The position numbers and the translations under genes were made by a program. From an uncultured bacterium (GTDB taxonomy: Bacteria > CSSED10-310 > CAZUFC01), in contig CAZUFC010000025.1 of the NCBI GenBank assembly GCA_964619725.1, positions 1 to 64,000 of the forward strand: a stretch of 64,000 nucleotides of DNA, read 5' to 3'. A model generated the notes under the pieces. That model was not told the DNA's origin. It ran no database searches and was given only the letters and a program-made list of their open reading frames with translations. This document shows, piece by piece, positions 1-9,565 of this stretch. Position 1 is the stretch's first letter. Each line of letters begins with the position of its first letter.

Positions 1-287
1 TGCGAGGCAGGGGCGGCGCTTATACTTTGACTGAGCAAATCCGAAGACTGACGCATTATTCTGAAAAATTCGCCGTTTATGGACAAAAACTAAATAGGGC
101 GTGTTGATCAGGAGATGTTGAAGCATGTTGCGCGTGTGTAATTTAGGTCTTGAAAAAAAGCGTCAGACTTAATAAAATAAAATCAGGATCAATCCTTTGA
201 CAACGAGACAATTCCTGTGGTTTTTTTTTGTATATAATGGGGCGAAGATTTCGGATTATTTTAAGATTCAATGAAAGGGGAAAACTG

Positions 288-2453
288 ATGAAAGCCGGCA
301 GGTGCAGCAGTTGGAGTTTATTATTCACGGCGGTTTTTGCGATGTTGAGCAGCGTCGTGTGGTTAACTGGAGCATTCGGATCGACCGCCGTTGCGGATGG
401 CGCTGGAGATGATGCTTACAGTGAATCAGTTGGTTTTAATGGATTCAGTGATGACTATGATTTCTATTTGGAAGAAGGCGGCAGTATTAATATGGGCGAT
501 AATGATGAAGCAACGCCGACTCCTGTTGCGGGGGAGGCGGAAGCGAGCATGACGCCGCAGTTCAGGCGGTCGCCGACGCCTTCGGTAACGGCGGCGGTTC
601 CTGAATGTCCGGCGAACACATTGTTTGGTCAGGAACCCTGGGCGCCCGGATCGGCCATTTTCGATTTTATGGAAAGTGAGATTACGACGGGTTTCCAGGC
701 GTATGATAATTTCTGGGAAGTTCCGGTGGATATCTGCGACGTGCACTGGTGGGGATTCGAATGGGATTACGAGTTCTTTGAAGATTGCGAGAAGGATGTG
801 ACGTTCGACATACGTTTTTACGAGGATGATTCGGGACAGCCGGGGACATTGTATTTTGAGCAGACGGGATTGACGCCTGCAGAGACTGATACGGGATTGA
901 TCTATTATTATTATCAGGAAATCCCGATAGAGTTAAAATACTATGAAGTCGACCTGCCGGAGTGTTGCACGGGTTTGCCTAATGGTTGGATATCGATAGT
1001 TGCGGATGAGGACCCGCAACAGCCGACCTGCGTATTCGGGATGGGACCGAGCAGCGACGGAGATGGAATATGTTATGGCTGGTTTGGTGAAGTTTTTGAA
1101 TCGAGAGATTTTGACCTGAGTTTTTGTCTGACGGGAGCGACGCCGACTCCTGAACCGACTGATACGCCGACAGAAACGCCGACGCTGACTCCGACCGAAT
1201 CGCCGACTTTGACCTCGACGCCGACGGATACTCCGACATTAACGCCGACATCGACCCCGACGCGAACACCGACCAGGACGCCGACGGGCACTAGTTCACC
1301 GACATTCAGCCCGACGATGAGTCCGACGCGCACGCCGACATTGACGCCCACTCTGAGTCCGACGCTGAGTCCAACGGAAACGCCGACATCGACGCCGACA
1401 GAAACGTCCTCGGCTACTCCCACTGAGACCCCGACTATAATGCCGACGGCCCCGCCCACCTGCAGCGTATTGAAGATTTACGCTCATGAAATCATCTTTG
1501 ACCCGGAGGCGGCGAGTCCGGGACAGATCGTGACGATAACCGTTCCGGTGCATAATGAGGGATGGGTTGATGTCGATTATACTGAAGTTTATTTCGGATA
1601 CGAATTGACTCCCCTGGACCCTACAGATGATCCTAATCTGATGCTGATCGGGAATCCCGTACAATTGAATGATATTGAAGTCGGCGAAACGGAAAATGCC
1701 GTCACGCAATGGGACACGACAGGTCTGGATGCCATTTCTCATCGCGTGTATGTTTTTACCTACAACACCATACCGGAAGAGTGCATTTATGAATTGACCG
1801 TAACCGATTATATCGTGCCGGTTGAACTATACAGTTTTACGACGCATGCGCAGAATAACAGGGTCATTTTGAGCTGGACGACCGGGACTGAAATAAATAA
1901 TACCGGATTCCTGGTCTATCGTTCCGAACAGTTTGGGGGGTCTTATGAACGGATAAGCGAACAGATGATACCAGGGGCGGGAACGAGTTTTCAGAAGCAT
2001 GATTATTCGGCGACAGACATTAATGTGAAGAACGGAATTCCTTATTTCTATAAACTGGCAATGGTCGATCATCAGAACAGAAAAAGCTGGTCGGAAGTCG
2101 TCAGCGCCGTGCCTCACCGGAGCGCCGTCGATGTGCAATTCAATACTTTCAGCGACCGGAAGCTATATTCACAGGATCAGGTTATGAAATTGTCGGGCGT
2201 TCTGATGAATAACCATGATGATGCACTTGTGGATATCCGCATTGTACTGTTAGTCAACTCCGTTTACGCAGGCGACATTGTTCCGCCGACCCGGGTTAAG
2301 GTTGATTCGGATGCACGCTGCGCATTTGACTTGATGAATTATTCCTGGACAGGGCATGAACCGAAAGGCGATTACATTATAGCGGCTGTCATGAACGACG
2401 CAGACGAAGGAGAGCTCATTCACGCAGACGTTACGGACTTCCATTATTATTGA
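288..2453 (+). CDS. Secreted multidomain protein (signal peptide, beta-sandwich domain, Pro/Thr linker, CARDB-like Ig domain, PVEL-type FnIII-like domain, C-terminal Ig-like domain)
   Basis: ATG at 288 after AAGGGG; hydrophobic N-terminus; (TPT)n tract; ITVPVHNEG CARDB-like segment; VPVELYSF...W.T..E.NN.GF.VYRS motif. Confidence 0.75.
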   Translation: MKAGRCSSWSLLFTAVFAMLSSVVWLTGAFGSTAVADGAGDDAYSESVGFNGFSDDYDFYLEEGGSINMGDNDEATPTPVAGEAEASMTPQFRRSPTPSVTAAVPECPANTLFGQEPWAPGSAIFDFMESEITTGFQAYDNFWEVPVDICDVHWWGFEWDYEFFEDCEKDVTFDIRFYEDDSGQPGTLYFEQTGLTPAETDTGLIYYYYQEIPIELKYYEVDLPECCTGLPNGWISIVADEDPQQPTCVFGMGPSSDGDGICYGWFGEVFESRDFDLSFCLTGATPTPEPTDTPTETPTLTPTESPTLTSTPTDTPTLTPTSTPTRTPTRTPTGTSSPTFSPTMSPTRTPTLTPTLSPTLSPTETPTSTPTETSSATPTETPTIMPTAPPTCSVLKIYAHEIIFDPEAASPGQIVTITVPVHNEGWVDVDYTEVYFGYELTPLDPTDDPNLMLIGNPVQLNDIEVGETENAVTQWDTTGLDAISHRVYVFTYNTIPEECIYELTVTDYIVPVELYSFTTHAQNNRVILSWTTGTEINNTGFLVYRSEQFGGSYERISEQMIPGAGTSFQKHDYSATDINVKNGIPYFYKLAMVDHQNRKSWSEVVSAVPHRSAVDVQFNTFSDRKLYSQDQVMKLSGVLMNNHDDALVDIRIVLLVNSVYAGDIVPPTRVKVDSDARCAFDLMNYSWTGHEPKGDYIIAAVMNDADEGELIHADVTDFHYY
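1135..1460 (+). repeat. Pro/Thr-rich low-complexity coding repeat (TPT/SPT linker)
   Basis: Degenerate ACGCCGAC-type tandem units encoding TPTxTPT. Confidence 0.85.
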
Positions 2454-2694
2454 CAGGCGCTGACGAGTTTTTGTCCGAATATCTGAAGTCTTTTATGTAT
2501 CGAAGAAAACTTTTGGCATTTATCAAATATCGGTATTTTGAGGATACAATTCGACAGAAATTCACATCATTTTGTTTTGATTTCGATTGCGATATCGACC
2601 CCTATTACTTAAACAAACTGTCAAAAGTTTTCAAAGAAGCGTAACCCCGGTCTGATCAGTCCGCACTTTTCCGAATCAGCTTAAATCAGTGTTT

Positions 2695-3360
2695 CTATTC
2701 GTCTGTTTGTGATTTAAGTTTTTTATTGAGTCGTGATTCGGCTTTTGAGAGCATTTTTTTTAATTTTTTGATTTTTTTCAAATCTGCGGAGAGAGTTTTT
2801 TCATTTTGAGGGAGCGGATCATTGAGATTAACGCCCAGGAGTGTGAGGTGTTTTTTAATTCTATATTTTAAGTCGGCGAAATTATGGAGTAAATTGCCGT
2901 CGTCATTTGTTCCGTCTTTTACAATGTGTTCCAGTAGAAGCAGTTCATTGACTTTGATTCTGCTGAAGTCATGGACGCTTCTGTTTTCAGCTATTTCAAT
3001 GATTTTTCGGAAGTATTCGGGGAGGATGTCGATATGTCTTTTTCTGAATCTGTTAAGGCTGCCGCGATTAGGTTTAAGATTAGCGGAGAGGTAGATGTAT
3101 TTCATATCCCGTCGGCACAGTTCTTCGATTCTGGAGCTGGTTGTAATGCCTTCGGCGTATGCGAAGAACCACACGGCGAGCATGACTGCCGGGTCGAGAG
3201 CGGGAGCGCCGCGGGAAGCGTATTCTTCGTAGAAATCATTCAGATTCAGATGATTAATAATATCGACGATGATGCGGCATTTATCGTCCGGCGAGACGAA
3301 ATCGTCAAGGCAATAGCCGAATAGAGTCAATTGTTTTCGGTTATGAGTTTTAAATTCCAT
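2695..3360 (-). CDS. IS1182-family transposase-derived protein (DUF772-like N-terminal domain, no DDE domain)
   Basis: RKQLTLF..LDDFV..DD..R.I..I..L, GAPALDP.VML..W.FAY..G..SSRIE..C..D..Y.YL....P....LNRFRK pattern; about 221 aa ending in a coiled coil; ATG at 3360, 4 nt after the GGDEF/EAL stop. Confidence 0.65.
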   Translation of the reverse strand: MEFKTHNRKQLTLFGYCLDDFVSPDDKCRIIVDIINHLNLNDFYEEYASRGAPALDPAVMLAVWFFAYAEGITTSSRIEELCRRDMKYIYLSANLKPNRGSLNRFRKRHIDILPEYFRKIIEIAENRSVHDFSRIKVNELLLLEHIVKDGTNDDGNLLHNFADLKYRIKKHLTLLGVNLNDPLPQNEKTLSADLKKIKKLKKMLSKAESRLNKKLKSQTDE

Positions 3361-3364
3361 TGGA

Positions 3365-6300
3365 TTATAAGAAGTTTTCCAGTAAGTGTTCGACTTTTTC
3401 AAGCGACTGGGCGGGATAGAAAAAGATACCCTGTCCGAATTTACAGTTGAGAGATTTAAGCAGATCGACCTGTTCTTTGCTTTCGATGCCTTCGACGACC
3501 AGGCTGAGATTAAGGCTTTGAGCGAGTGAGACGATCATTTTAACGATTTCCCAGTTTTTATAATTTTGAGTGATGCGAGCGGTAAAGGCTTGGTCGATTT
3601 TAAGTCCGTCCAGCGGAAATTCGAGAATATTGCCTAATGAGGAGTATCCTGAGCCGAAATCGTCCAGATGAATCTGGACATCCAGCTTCTTCAGTTTTTG
3701 GAGTATTTTGAGGGCAGCGGCAGGATCGTCCATAATGACGCTTTCGGTAATTTCAATTCTGATTTTGTGGGGAGGGATACTATATTTATTGATAAAGGCG
3801 TGAATGGTTTCTTCGAATTGAGGATCGGAGAATTGTTTATTGGACAGATTAACGCTGAGGAATAAAGAGTCTGCTGCGTCGTATTTTTTTCGCCATTTGT
3901 CCATAGTGGAAAAGGCCTGGTCCAGGATGAGCTTTCCGACTGGTATGATGAGTTCGTTTTCTTCAGAAAAGGGGATGAACCGGGAAGGCATAATGATGCC
4001 TTTTTGAGGGTGCATCCATCTGGCGAGGGCTTCAAATCCGACTATTTTATTATCCTGGAGGGAAATGATGGGTTGATAGTAGACGGTGAACTGGTTGCTT
4101 TCTATGGCTTCCCTGAGGTCTTTTTCCAGGTTGAGTCGATTAAGGATGACGTCGTGCATACCGGGATGAAAGATGGAGTAGCAACTGCCTTTATTTTTCG
4201 CCTGGTACATGGCGATGTCGGCATTTCTGAGGATTTTTTCAGGCGAGCTGTCGGGTGCGTCATCAATAATGATACCGATACTGACTCCGATATAGATTGT
4301 TTGATCTTTTATCTGGAAAGGTTCGGTGATGGATTCGATAATACGGTCGGCGACTTTGACGGCATCGTATTTGTCGGCGACATTTTCCATGAGGACGGCG
4401 AATTCATCGCCGGCGAAACGAGAGAGAATATCGGCATCACGGAGACATTTTTTAAGTCTTTTGCCGACTTCGATGAGCAGTTTATCGCCCATTTGGTGTC
4501 CGAGGGTATCATTGACGTTTTTAAACCGGTCCAGATCGAGATAGAGGATGCCGATTTTCTTGTTGTTTTTATTGACTTTGCGCAGGATGGCGTTATTCAG
4601 TCTGTTAAGAAAGAGGTCTCTGTTGGGCAGGCCGGTAAGGCCGTCATGAAAGGCATCATGGAGCAGTTGCTGTTCATACCGTTTTCGATCAGTGATATCG
4701 GTTTGTGACCCTGCCATGCGAAGGGCTTTACCGTTATCGTCTCTGACGGCCTGGCCGCGGCAGAGCACCCATCTGAAAGCGCCGTCGGCGTGTTTCATTC
4801 GATATTCGCTGCTGAAATTGGATGCAACGCCACGTATGTGTGATTTGACGCGGGAACTGACTTTTTCTCTGTCGTCGGCGTGGATGAGGTCGAACCAGTC
4901 GTCGAGCGTATTGCCGATATCATGTTCATCGTATCCGAGCATTTCTTTCCATCTGGGAGAATAGTATACTTCACCGGTTTCGATATTCCAGTCCCACAAC
5001 CCGTCGTTGACGCCTCTGGCGGCCAGAGCGTAACGCTCTTCGCTTATCTTGAGTAAAGACTGCAGTCTGTTCTGTTGAATACCCATGGCCATCTGGTGAG
5101 CGAGGGAGGAAGCCGCTTCTACGTGCTCTGTGTCGAAAGCGCCGCATTTGGAGGAACCCAGGTTGAGAGACCCGATCAATTCGTTTCTGGAGAAGAGCGC
5201 AACCATCATGTAGGAACGGACGCCTTCTTCGAGGAGAACAAGGTCAGTTCTGGATTTATTTTTCAGCTTTCTGATATCTTTAACGATTGAATAGCGGCGC
5301 CACCGCAGTTCTTCAATTTTTCCGAAATCATCCAGCGGCATGGCGTTTTCAGAATCCAGCCGGGTTACGCCGATGTTGTTGGCCGCTATTATACGCACGA
5401 TTTTGTTTTCAAAATCAAAGAGGGCCACGCTGCTGCGATCGCTGGGGAGCAGAGACCCGATATTTTCCAGGGTGGCGACAGCGATATCCTTTGGCGAATC
5501 GGCGGCAAGGATGGCTTTATCTATGATCCGTTGAGTTTCCAGTCTCAGGGTATATTGCTTGATCACTTTTTCAGCTTTCTTCGTTTCTGTAATATCTTCG
5601 ACGGTTCCTTCATAATAGACGGTGTTTTCGTTTTTATCCCGGATAGCCCGCGCATTTTCCCTGACGTAAAGAATGCTTCCGTCCTTTCTATACCAGCCTG
5701 ATTCAAAACCGCTGACAGCGCCTTCTTTTTCAAGTTTCTTCTTGAATTTCATCCTGGCTTCTGCATCGACGTAACTCGAATTTTTTTCCAGATTTCTCTT
5801 CCTCAACTCATCAAAACTTGAAAAACCGAGCATTCGGATAAGAGCTGGATTAGCCATTAAGATTTTACCGTCAGGAGTCGTTTTATATAATCCGATGACT
5901 GCGTTTTCAAAAAGGTCCCGGTATCGCTGTTCGCTTTCAATCAGCGCTTTTTCAGCATCCCGGCGTTTTTTAATTTCTTCGGCGCGTTTCTCGTCTGTTT
6001 CAAGCTGTTCGTCATGCTTTTGCGTGTCGGCGGATGAGGGCTGCGCCTTGTCGGTATTAACTTTGTCCGCGGTTTCTGGAGAGCCGGCAGCATCGTTTTC
6101 GCAGGGATGTTCCGTTTGTTCAGCGGATTCCTCCACTGAAGCATCGTTTTCTGTTAGTCGATCGTCTGGTGGGGGCGGAGCGAAAATAATTTTTTTAACG
6201 AAGAAGAAAAGTAAGGATGTCCCCAGCATCAGAGGAAAAAGCGACACGAGGATAACAGAGAGGAAGCGCTGCTTCAGGGTTTCAGCCAGGGACCGAACCG

Positions 6301-6811
6301 GCAGGCCTAGTTTCAAGTAACCGAGAATACGGCGGGGCGCCTGTTTAAGGTGGACCGGCGGCGGATGGGGAGTGTCCGAACTTATGTCAGCAAAGATCGG
6401 CGTTAAAAGATCAAAATATATTTTTCCGGAATTTTCATCGATGACTTTTCGGATATAGAATTCCTGACGTTTCGCTTTTTTTCTTTCATCAGCGGATAAA
6501 GGGACAGGGGGAGCGCCTGATTCCGATTCGGCGATCACGGTTTTTCCTGCAGGATCGAATAATGAGATATAGCCTATTTTGTGGTCGGGGCTGTATTGTT
6601 TGATGGTTCTCTCCAGAAGTGTCTGGTCGTCGGTATGAAGGACGAATCTGAGTTTTCTGATGATTTCGTAAGCTTTTAATTTTCCTGAGTCGATAAAACG
6701 CTGATTGACGGCGATAATTTCAGAATTGATGATGAAGAGGGAATGAGCCATAGAGGCCAGGAATATAATTGATCCGAGGATCAGGAAGAATCGACTGGTA
6801 TTATTTTTCAT
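3365..6811 (-). CDS. Membrane-anchored PAS-GAF-PAS-GGDEF-EAL c-di-GMP enzyme
   Basis: Two N-terminal TM segments, PAS/PAC motifs, GAF, HDGLTGLPNR, AGDEF, FEALARW, DDFGSGYSS. Confidence 0.93.
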   Translation of the reverse strand: MKNNTSRFFLILGSIIFLASMAHSLFIINSEIIAVNQRFIDSGKLKAYEIIRKLRFVLHTDDQTLLERTIKQYSPDHKIGYISLFDPAGKTVIAESESGAPPVPLSADERKKAKRQEFYIRKVIDENSGKIYFDLLTPIFADISSDTPHPPPVHLKQAPRRILGYLKLGLPVRSLAETLKQRFLSVILVSLFPLMLGTSLLFFFVKKIIFAPPPPDDRLTENDASVEESAEQTEHPCENDAAGSPETADKVNTDKAQPSSADTQKHDEQLETDEKRAEEIKKRRDAEKALIESEQRYRDLFENAVIGLYKTTPDGKILMANPALIRMLGFSSFDELRKRNLEKNSSYVDAEARMKFKKKLEKEGAVSGFESGWYRKDGSILYVRENARAIRDKNENTVYYEGTVEDITETKKAEKVIKQYTLRLETQRIIDKAILAADSPKDIAVATLENIGSLLPSDRSSVALFDFENKIVRIIAANNIGVTRLDSENAMPLDDFGKIEELRWRRYSIVKDIRKLKNKSRTDLVLLEEGVRSYMMVALFSRNELIGSLNLGSSKCGAFDTEHVEAASSLAHQMAMGIQQNRLQSLLKISEERYALAARGVNDGLWDWNIETGEVYYSPRWKEMLGYDEHDIGNTLDDWFDLIHADDREKVSSRVKSHIRGVASNFSSEYRMKHADGAFRWVLCRGQAVRDDNGKALRMAGSQTDITDRKRYEQQLLHDAFHDGLTGLPNRDLFLNRLNNAILRKVNKNNKKIGILYLDLDRFKNVNDTLGHQMGDKLLIEVGKRLKKCLRDADILSRFAGDEFAVLMENVADKYDAVKVADRIIESITEPFQIKDQTIYIGVSIGIIIDDAPDSSPEKILRNADIAMYQAKNKGSCYSIFHPGMHDVILNRLNLEKDLREAIESNQFTVYYQPIISLQDNKIVGFEALARWMHPQKGIIMPSRFIPFSEENELIIPVGKLILDQAFSTMDKWRKKYDAADSLFLSVNLSNKQFSDPQFEETIHAFINKYSIPPHKIRIEITESVIMDDPAAALKILQKLKKLDVQIHLDDFGSGYSSLGNILEFPLDGLKIDQAFTARITQNYKNWEIVKMIVSLAQSLNLSLVVEGIESKEQVDLLKSLNCKFGQGIFFYPAQSLEKVEHLLENFL

Positions 6812-7072
6812 TTCCCCATTCAGTAATTTTCAAGTCGTTGAGGGATAATCCTTTAAAGCGTTCCTGCATAGTGCCTGTTAATCCCCGAATTTTTAAGATA
6901 TCGAAGAAGAGATGGAGAGCAGGCGATTCGGGCCGGTTATTCGGAAGCAGGAACCAATGAACCGTCGCCGTGTTGCAGACAGGCTAGAGGACCTGATCAG
7001 GCAACAGGATATTTATCCAGTAGGAATGTTATGACAAAATATAAAAAAAATCAATTGAAGGGAGTGAATCGG

Positions 7073-7113
7073 AATCCGCCGCCTGTTCAGAGGATGAAAT
7101 CAGGCGGCGGATT
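7073..7113. terminator. Inverted-repeat hairpin downstream of the peptidase gene
   Basis: AATCCGCCGCCTG (7073-7085) / CAGGCGGCGGATT (7101-7113), perfect 13-bp arms. Confidence 0.55.
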
Positions 7114-7136
7114 TTGCAATTATGCGAGATTACATG

Positions 7137-9515
7137 TCAGTTATTCTGTTTGCAGGGGCACCAGGGTGTTTCGACGGTAATGGGGTAGCAGTTGGAGGCT
7201 GGTCCGCGGCATTCATCATCCGTGCCGACGGCTTGAACGATGTAGTAATGGGTAATGCCTGGGGCGATTTCAGCGTCGTTCCAGGAAAGGGAGGTTGTGG
7301 AATGCATGGGAATCCATCCGTAATCGCATCCGATATCGTTTCTGAAGATGATGTATTCGTGGGCATTGACGACATTGTTCCATTTAAGGGTAACGGATGA
7401 GCCGTCGCAGCATCCGACGATTTGTGGAGCGTTGATAGAGGGGCAACTGCTGTAGCAATCGGGAGCTTCGTCATCGCAGGCGATTCCGTGAGCGTTAAAG
7501 TGTTCCCATAGTCTGCATCCGTGAGGCGTGCCGTTGGCGAGGTTACCGTCATCATCGTCGACGCCGAGGAAAACGGTATAGTAGTTATCAGCGGCGCAAC
7601 CGTCGACATCGGCGTTGGGATTGCATTGTCCGCCGTCGGTGAGCTGATAGGCGGCATCGATACTGGAGAGTCCTTCGTACCATATTCTGTCAGCCCACAG
7701 CCATCCTCCGTTGTTTCCAATTTCGTTTCTGACGGCGGCGACGGCATCCCACCAGGCCTGGGAGGCGATAAGGCTTTCGCAATGCCCTTCATAGCCCATG
7801 GGTCCCATATAGCCGGCATAGGGGCAGTTCCATCTGTCGCAATCGCCGGGAGCGTTTTCGATATTGGAAACGGTGACTTCATTTTGAGTATTGACGTCTC
7901 TGACGCCTGTGCAACCGGCATCGCAACCGTAGTTGCACGGCACGCCGATTTTGAAGTTGTGTCCTATGCAGGAGGTGTGGGTCATAAGAAAACCTGCGGT
8001 ATCTGCGTATGCTTCACCGGAACCTTTATCGATGGAGAATCCGTTGGCATCGTTGGAGTCTATTCCATGCGATGTTTCATGAAGTATTATGTCGGCGATT
8101 TCACCCGTGTTGCCGCAATCGTAATTGACCGTGGAATGGAATTGATAAAATTTTATGTATACTCCAGTCCAGTATGCGTTGCACCAGTCGTCGGTTCTGT
8201 TCACTGAGGCGAGAAGATTGTTGTCCAGCCAGCCTATGCCGGGCTGGTAATAACCGACTTTTTCCTTGAGCCAGTTTATGTGGTAGAAGGCTGTCCGAGC
8301 GGAGTGTGTATTGCCGTTTCCGCCGACGCCCGGGGTAGTGCAATCGGTTCCGGCGCTTGAGCCGAAATGAAGGTCGCCCGGAGCCGTATTCGAGGTCAAT
8401 TCGATATCGCCGCAGTTATCGCTGATTTCGGCGTAATCGCCGTCCAGGCTGCAGTCAGCGTCTCCGCCGCTGTAAGTGTAGTTGCCGCCTTTGTCGGTCT
8501 GCTTGTCGCCGTTGTTGACGACTTTAGCGAACGGCAGCGGCCGGACGACTTCCTGTTGGGTGTTGTTGTCGGAATATATGCCTCCGTCGACCACGCCGTA
8601 TTTTCGAAAATCCTCAAGCATGAGCAGGATTCCGTCATGGGCATCAACCAGAGCTCGCCAGACGTAAGGAGAGCCGGGACTTTCCATGATAATTTCAAAG
8701 ACCAGGCGATGACTGTATCCCGTATCGTTTTTCCCGGAAAAGGGCGTGCCGGCGGCATAATCGTCGCCTTCGGCTGCAACAGGGATTATCATCAGTTTAA
8801 TGGGAGAGGTTATGCCCAATTCGTCAGGAAGGTATCGGTTAACATGATCGGCAGCGACGCCGAAAGCTTCTTCAGCATCCAGTTTCGGAGCGGCTGAAAT
8901 AGTCACATTTTCGTAAAGATATGCGCCGAACTGTATGAGATTGCCGTTGTTGATCCGGAAGAACAGATGACTTTTCCAGACGGGGATGCCGTCGATTACC
9001 TGTTTGAATCTTACGACCGAATATCGCCGGCTGATAAAGGAACCTGCCTGATCAATCTCAAGTTGTTTTTGATCGACCCGGAACAAACTTGAATTTTCAG
9101 AGATGAAGTTGCGGGCTTTCATAGCCAGGAAATCGATTTTCAGGGGGGAATCGGGATTCAGTCCGTATTGTTCCAGATAATCGGCGCCCAGTTTATTCCC
9201 TCTGCCGGGAAACCACGGAATGCCCTCACCCTGGATGATGTTGGGCCTTCCGCTGCGATCGTCGAGAGTGATGCTCCATTGATTTCCATATTTCGCGTTG
9301 AATTGAATCCAGGCCGGATCGTTCAATTTCATGCTGTCCTCGTATGAATGATGTATCGCCAGGGAGCGCAGAGTGACTTCAGGCCGGAAAACCTGAACTT
9401 GTTCGATTATTTTTCTTTGGTTCTGTTCCAGGGTATCCATGGCGAACGTCAGCGGAAGGTTCAGGAACAGGAGACCGAGGATAAGAAGACCGGCAGTTTT
9501 TTTAATCGTTTTCAT
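7137..9515 (-). CDS. Secreted zinc metallopeptidase, M4/M36-like (FTP/PepSY propeptide, C-terminal FnIII-like domain)
   Basis: Signal peptide from ATG 9515 with GAAAGGA RBS; VRFKQVIDGIPV propeptide motif; CNAYW; LHETSHG (HExxH); GEAYAD third ligand. Confidence 0.8.
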   Translation of the reverse strand: MKTIKKTAGLLILGLLFLNLPLTFAMDTLEQNQRKIIEQVQVFRPEVTLRSLAIHHSYEDSMKLNDPAWIQFNAKYGNQWSITLDDRSGRPNIIQGEGIPWFPGRGNKLGADYLEQYGLNPDSPLKIDFLAMKARNFISENSSLFRVDQKQLEIDQAGSFISRRYSVVRFKQVIDGIPVWKSHLFFRINNGNLIQFGAYLYENVTISAAPKLDAEEAFGVAADHVNRYLPDELGITSPIKLMIIPVAAEGDDYAAGTPFSGKNDTGYSHRLVFEIIMESPGSPYVWRALVDAHDGILLMLEDFRKYGVVDGGIYSDNNTQQEVVRPLPFAKVVNNGDKQTDKGGNYTYSGGDADCSLDGDYAEISDNCGDIELTSNTAPGDLHFGSSAGTDCTTPGVGGNGNTHSARTAFYHINWLKEKVGYYQPGIGWLDNNLLASVNRTDDWCNAYWTGVYIKFYQFHSTVNYDCGNTGEIADIILHETSHGIDSNDANGFSIDKGSGEAYADTAGFLMTHTSCIGHNFKIGVPCNYGCDAGCTGVRDVNTQNEVTVSNIENAPGDCDRWNCPYAGYMGPMGYEGHCESLIASQAWWDAVAAVRNEIGNNGGWLWADRIWYEGLSSIDAAYQLTDGGQCNPNADVDGCAADNYYTVFLGVDDDDGNLANGTPHGCRLWEHFNAHGIACDDEAPDCYSSCPSINAPQIVGCCDGSSVTLKWNNVVNAHEYIIFRNDIGCDYGWIPMHSTTSLSWNDAEIAPGITHYYIVQAVGTDDECRGPASNCYPITVETPWCPCKQNN

Positions 9516-9565
9516 AGTCTTCCTTTCATAGAAGATACTGGTTCGTAAAGACTGCTGCTTCATCA

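Noticed and set aside
1073-1459. Val/Gly-repeat ORFs (also 49776-50048 and 53988-54197)
   Set aside because: Reverse-complement reading of Pro/Thr linker codons
1135-1460. Tandem repeats considered as a possible CRISPR array
   Set aside because: Degenerate, codon-phased, inside CDSs, with no unique spacers and no cas genes; no CRISPR seen in the window
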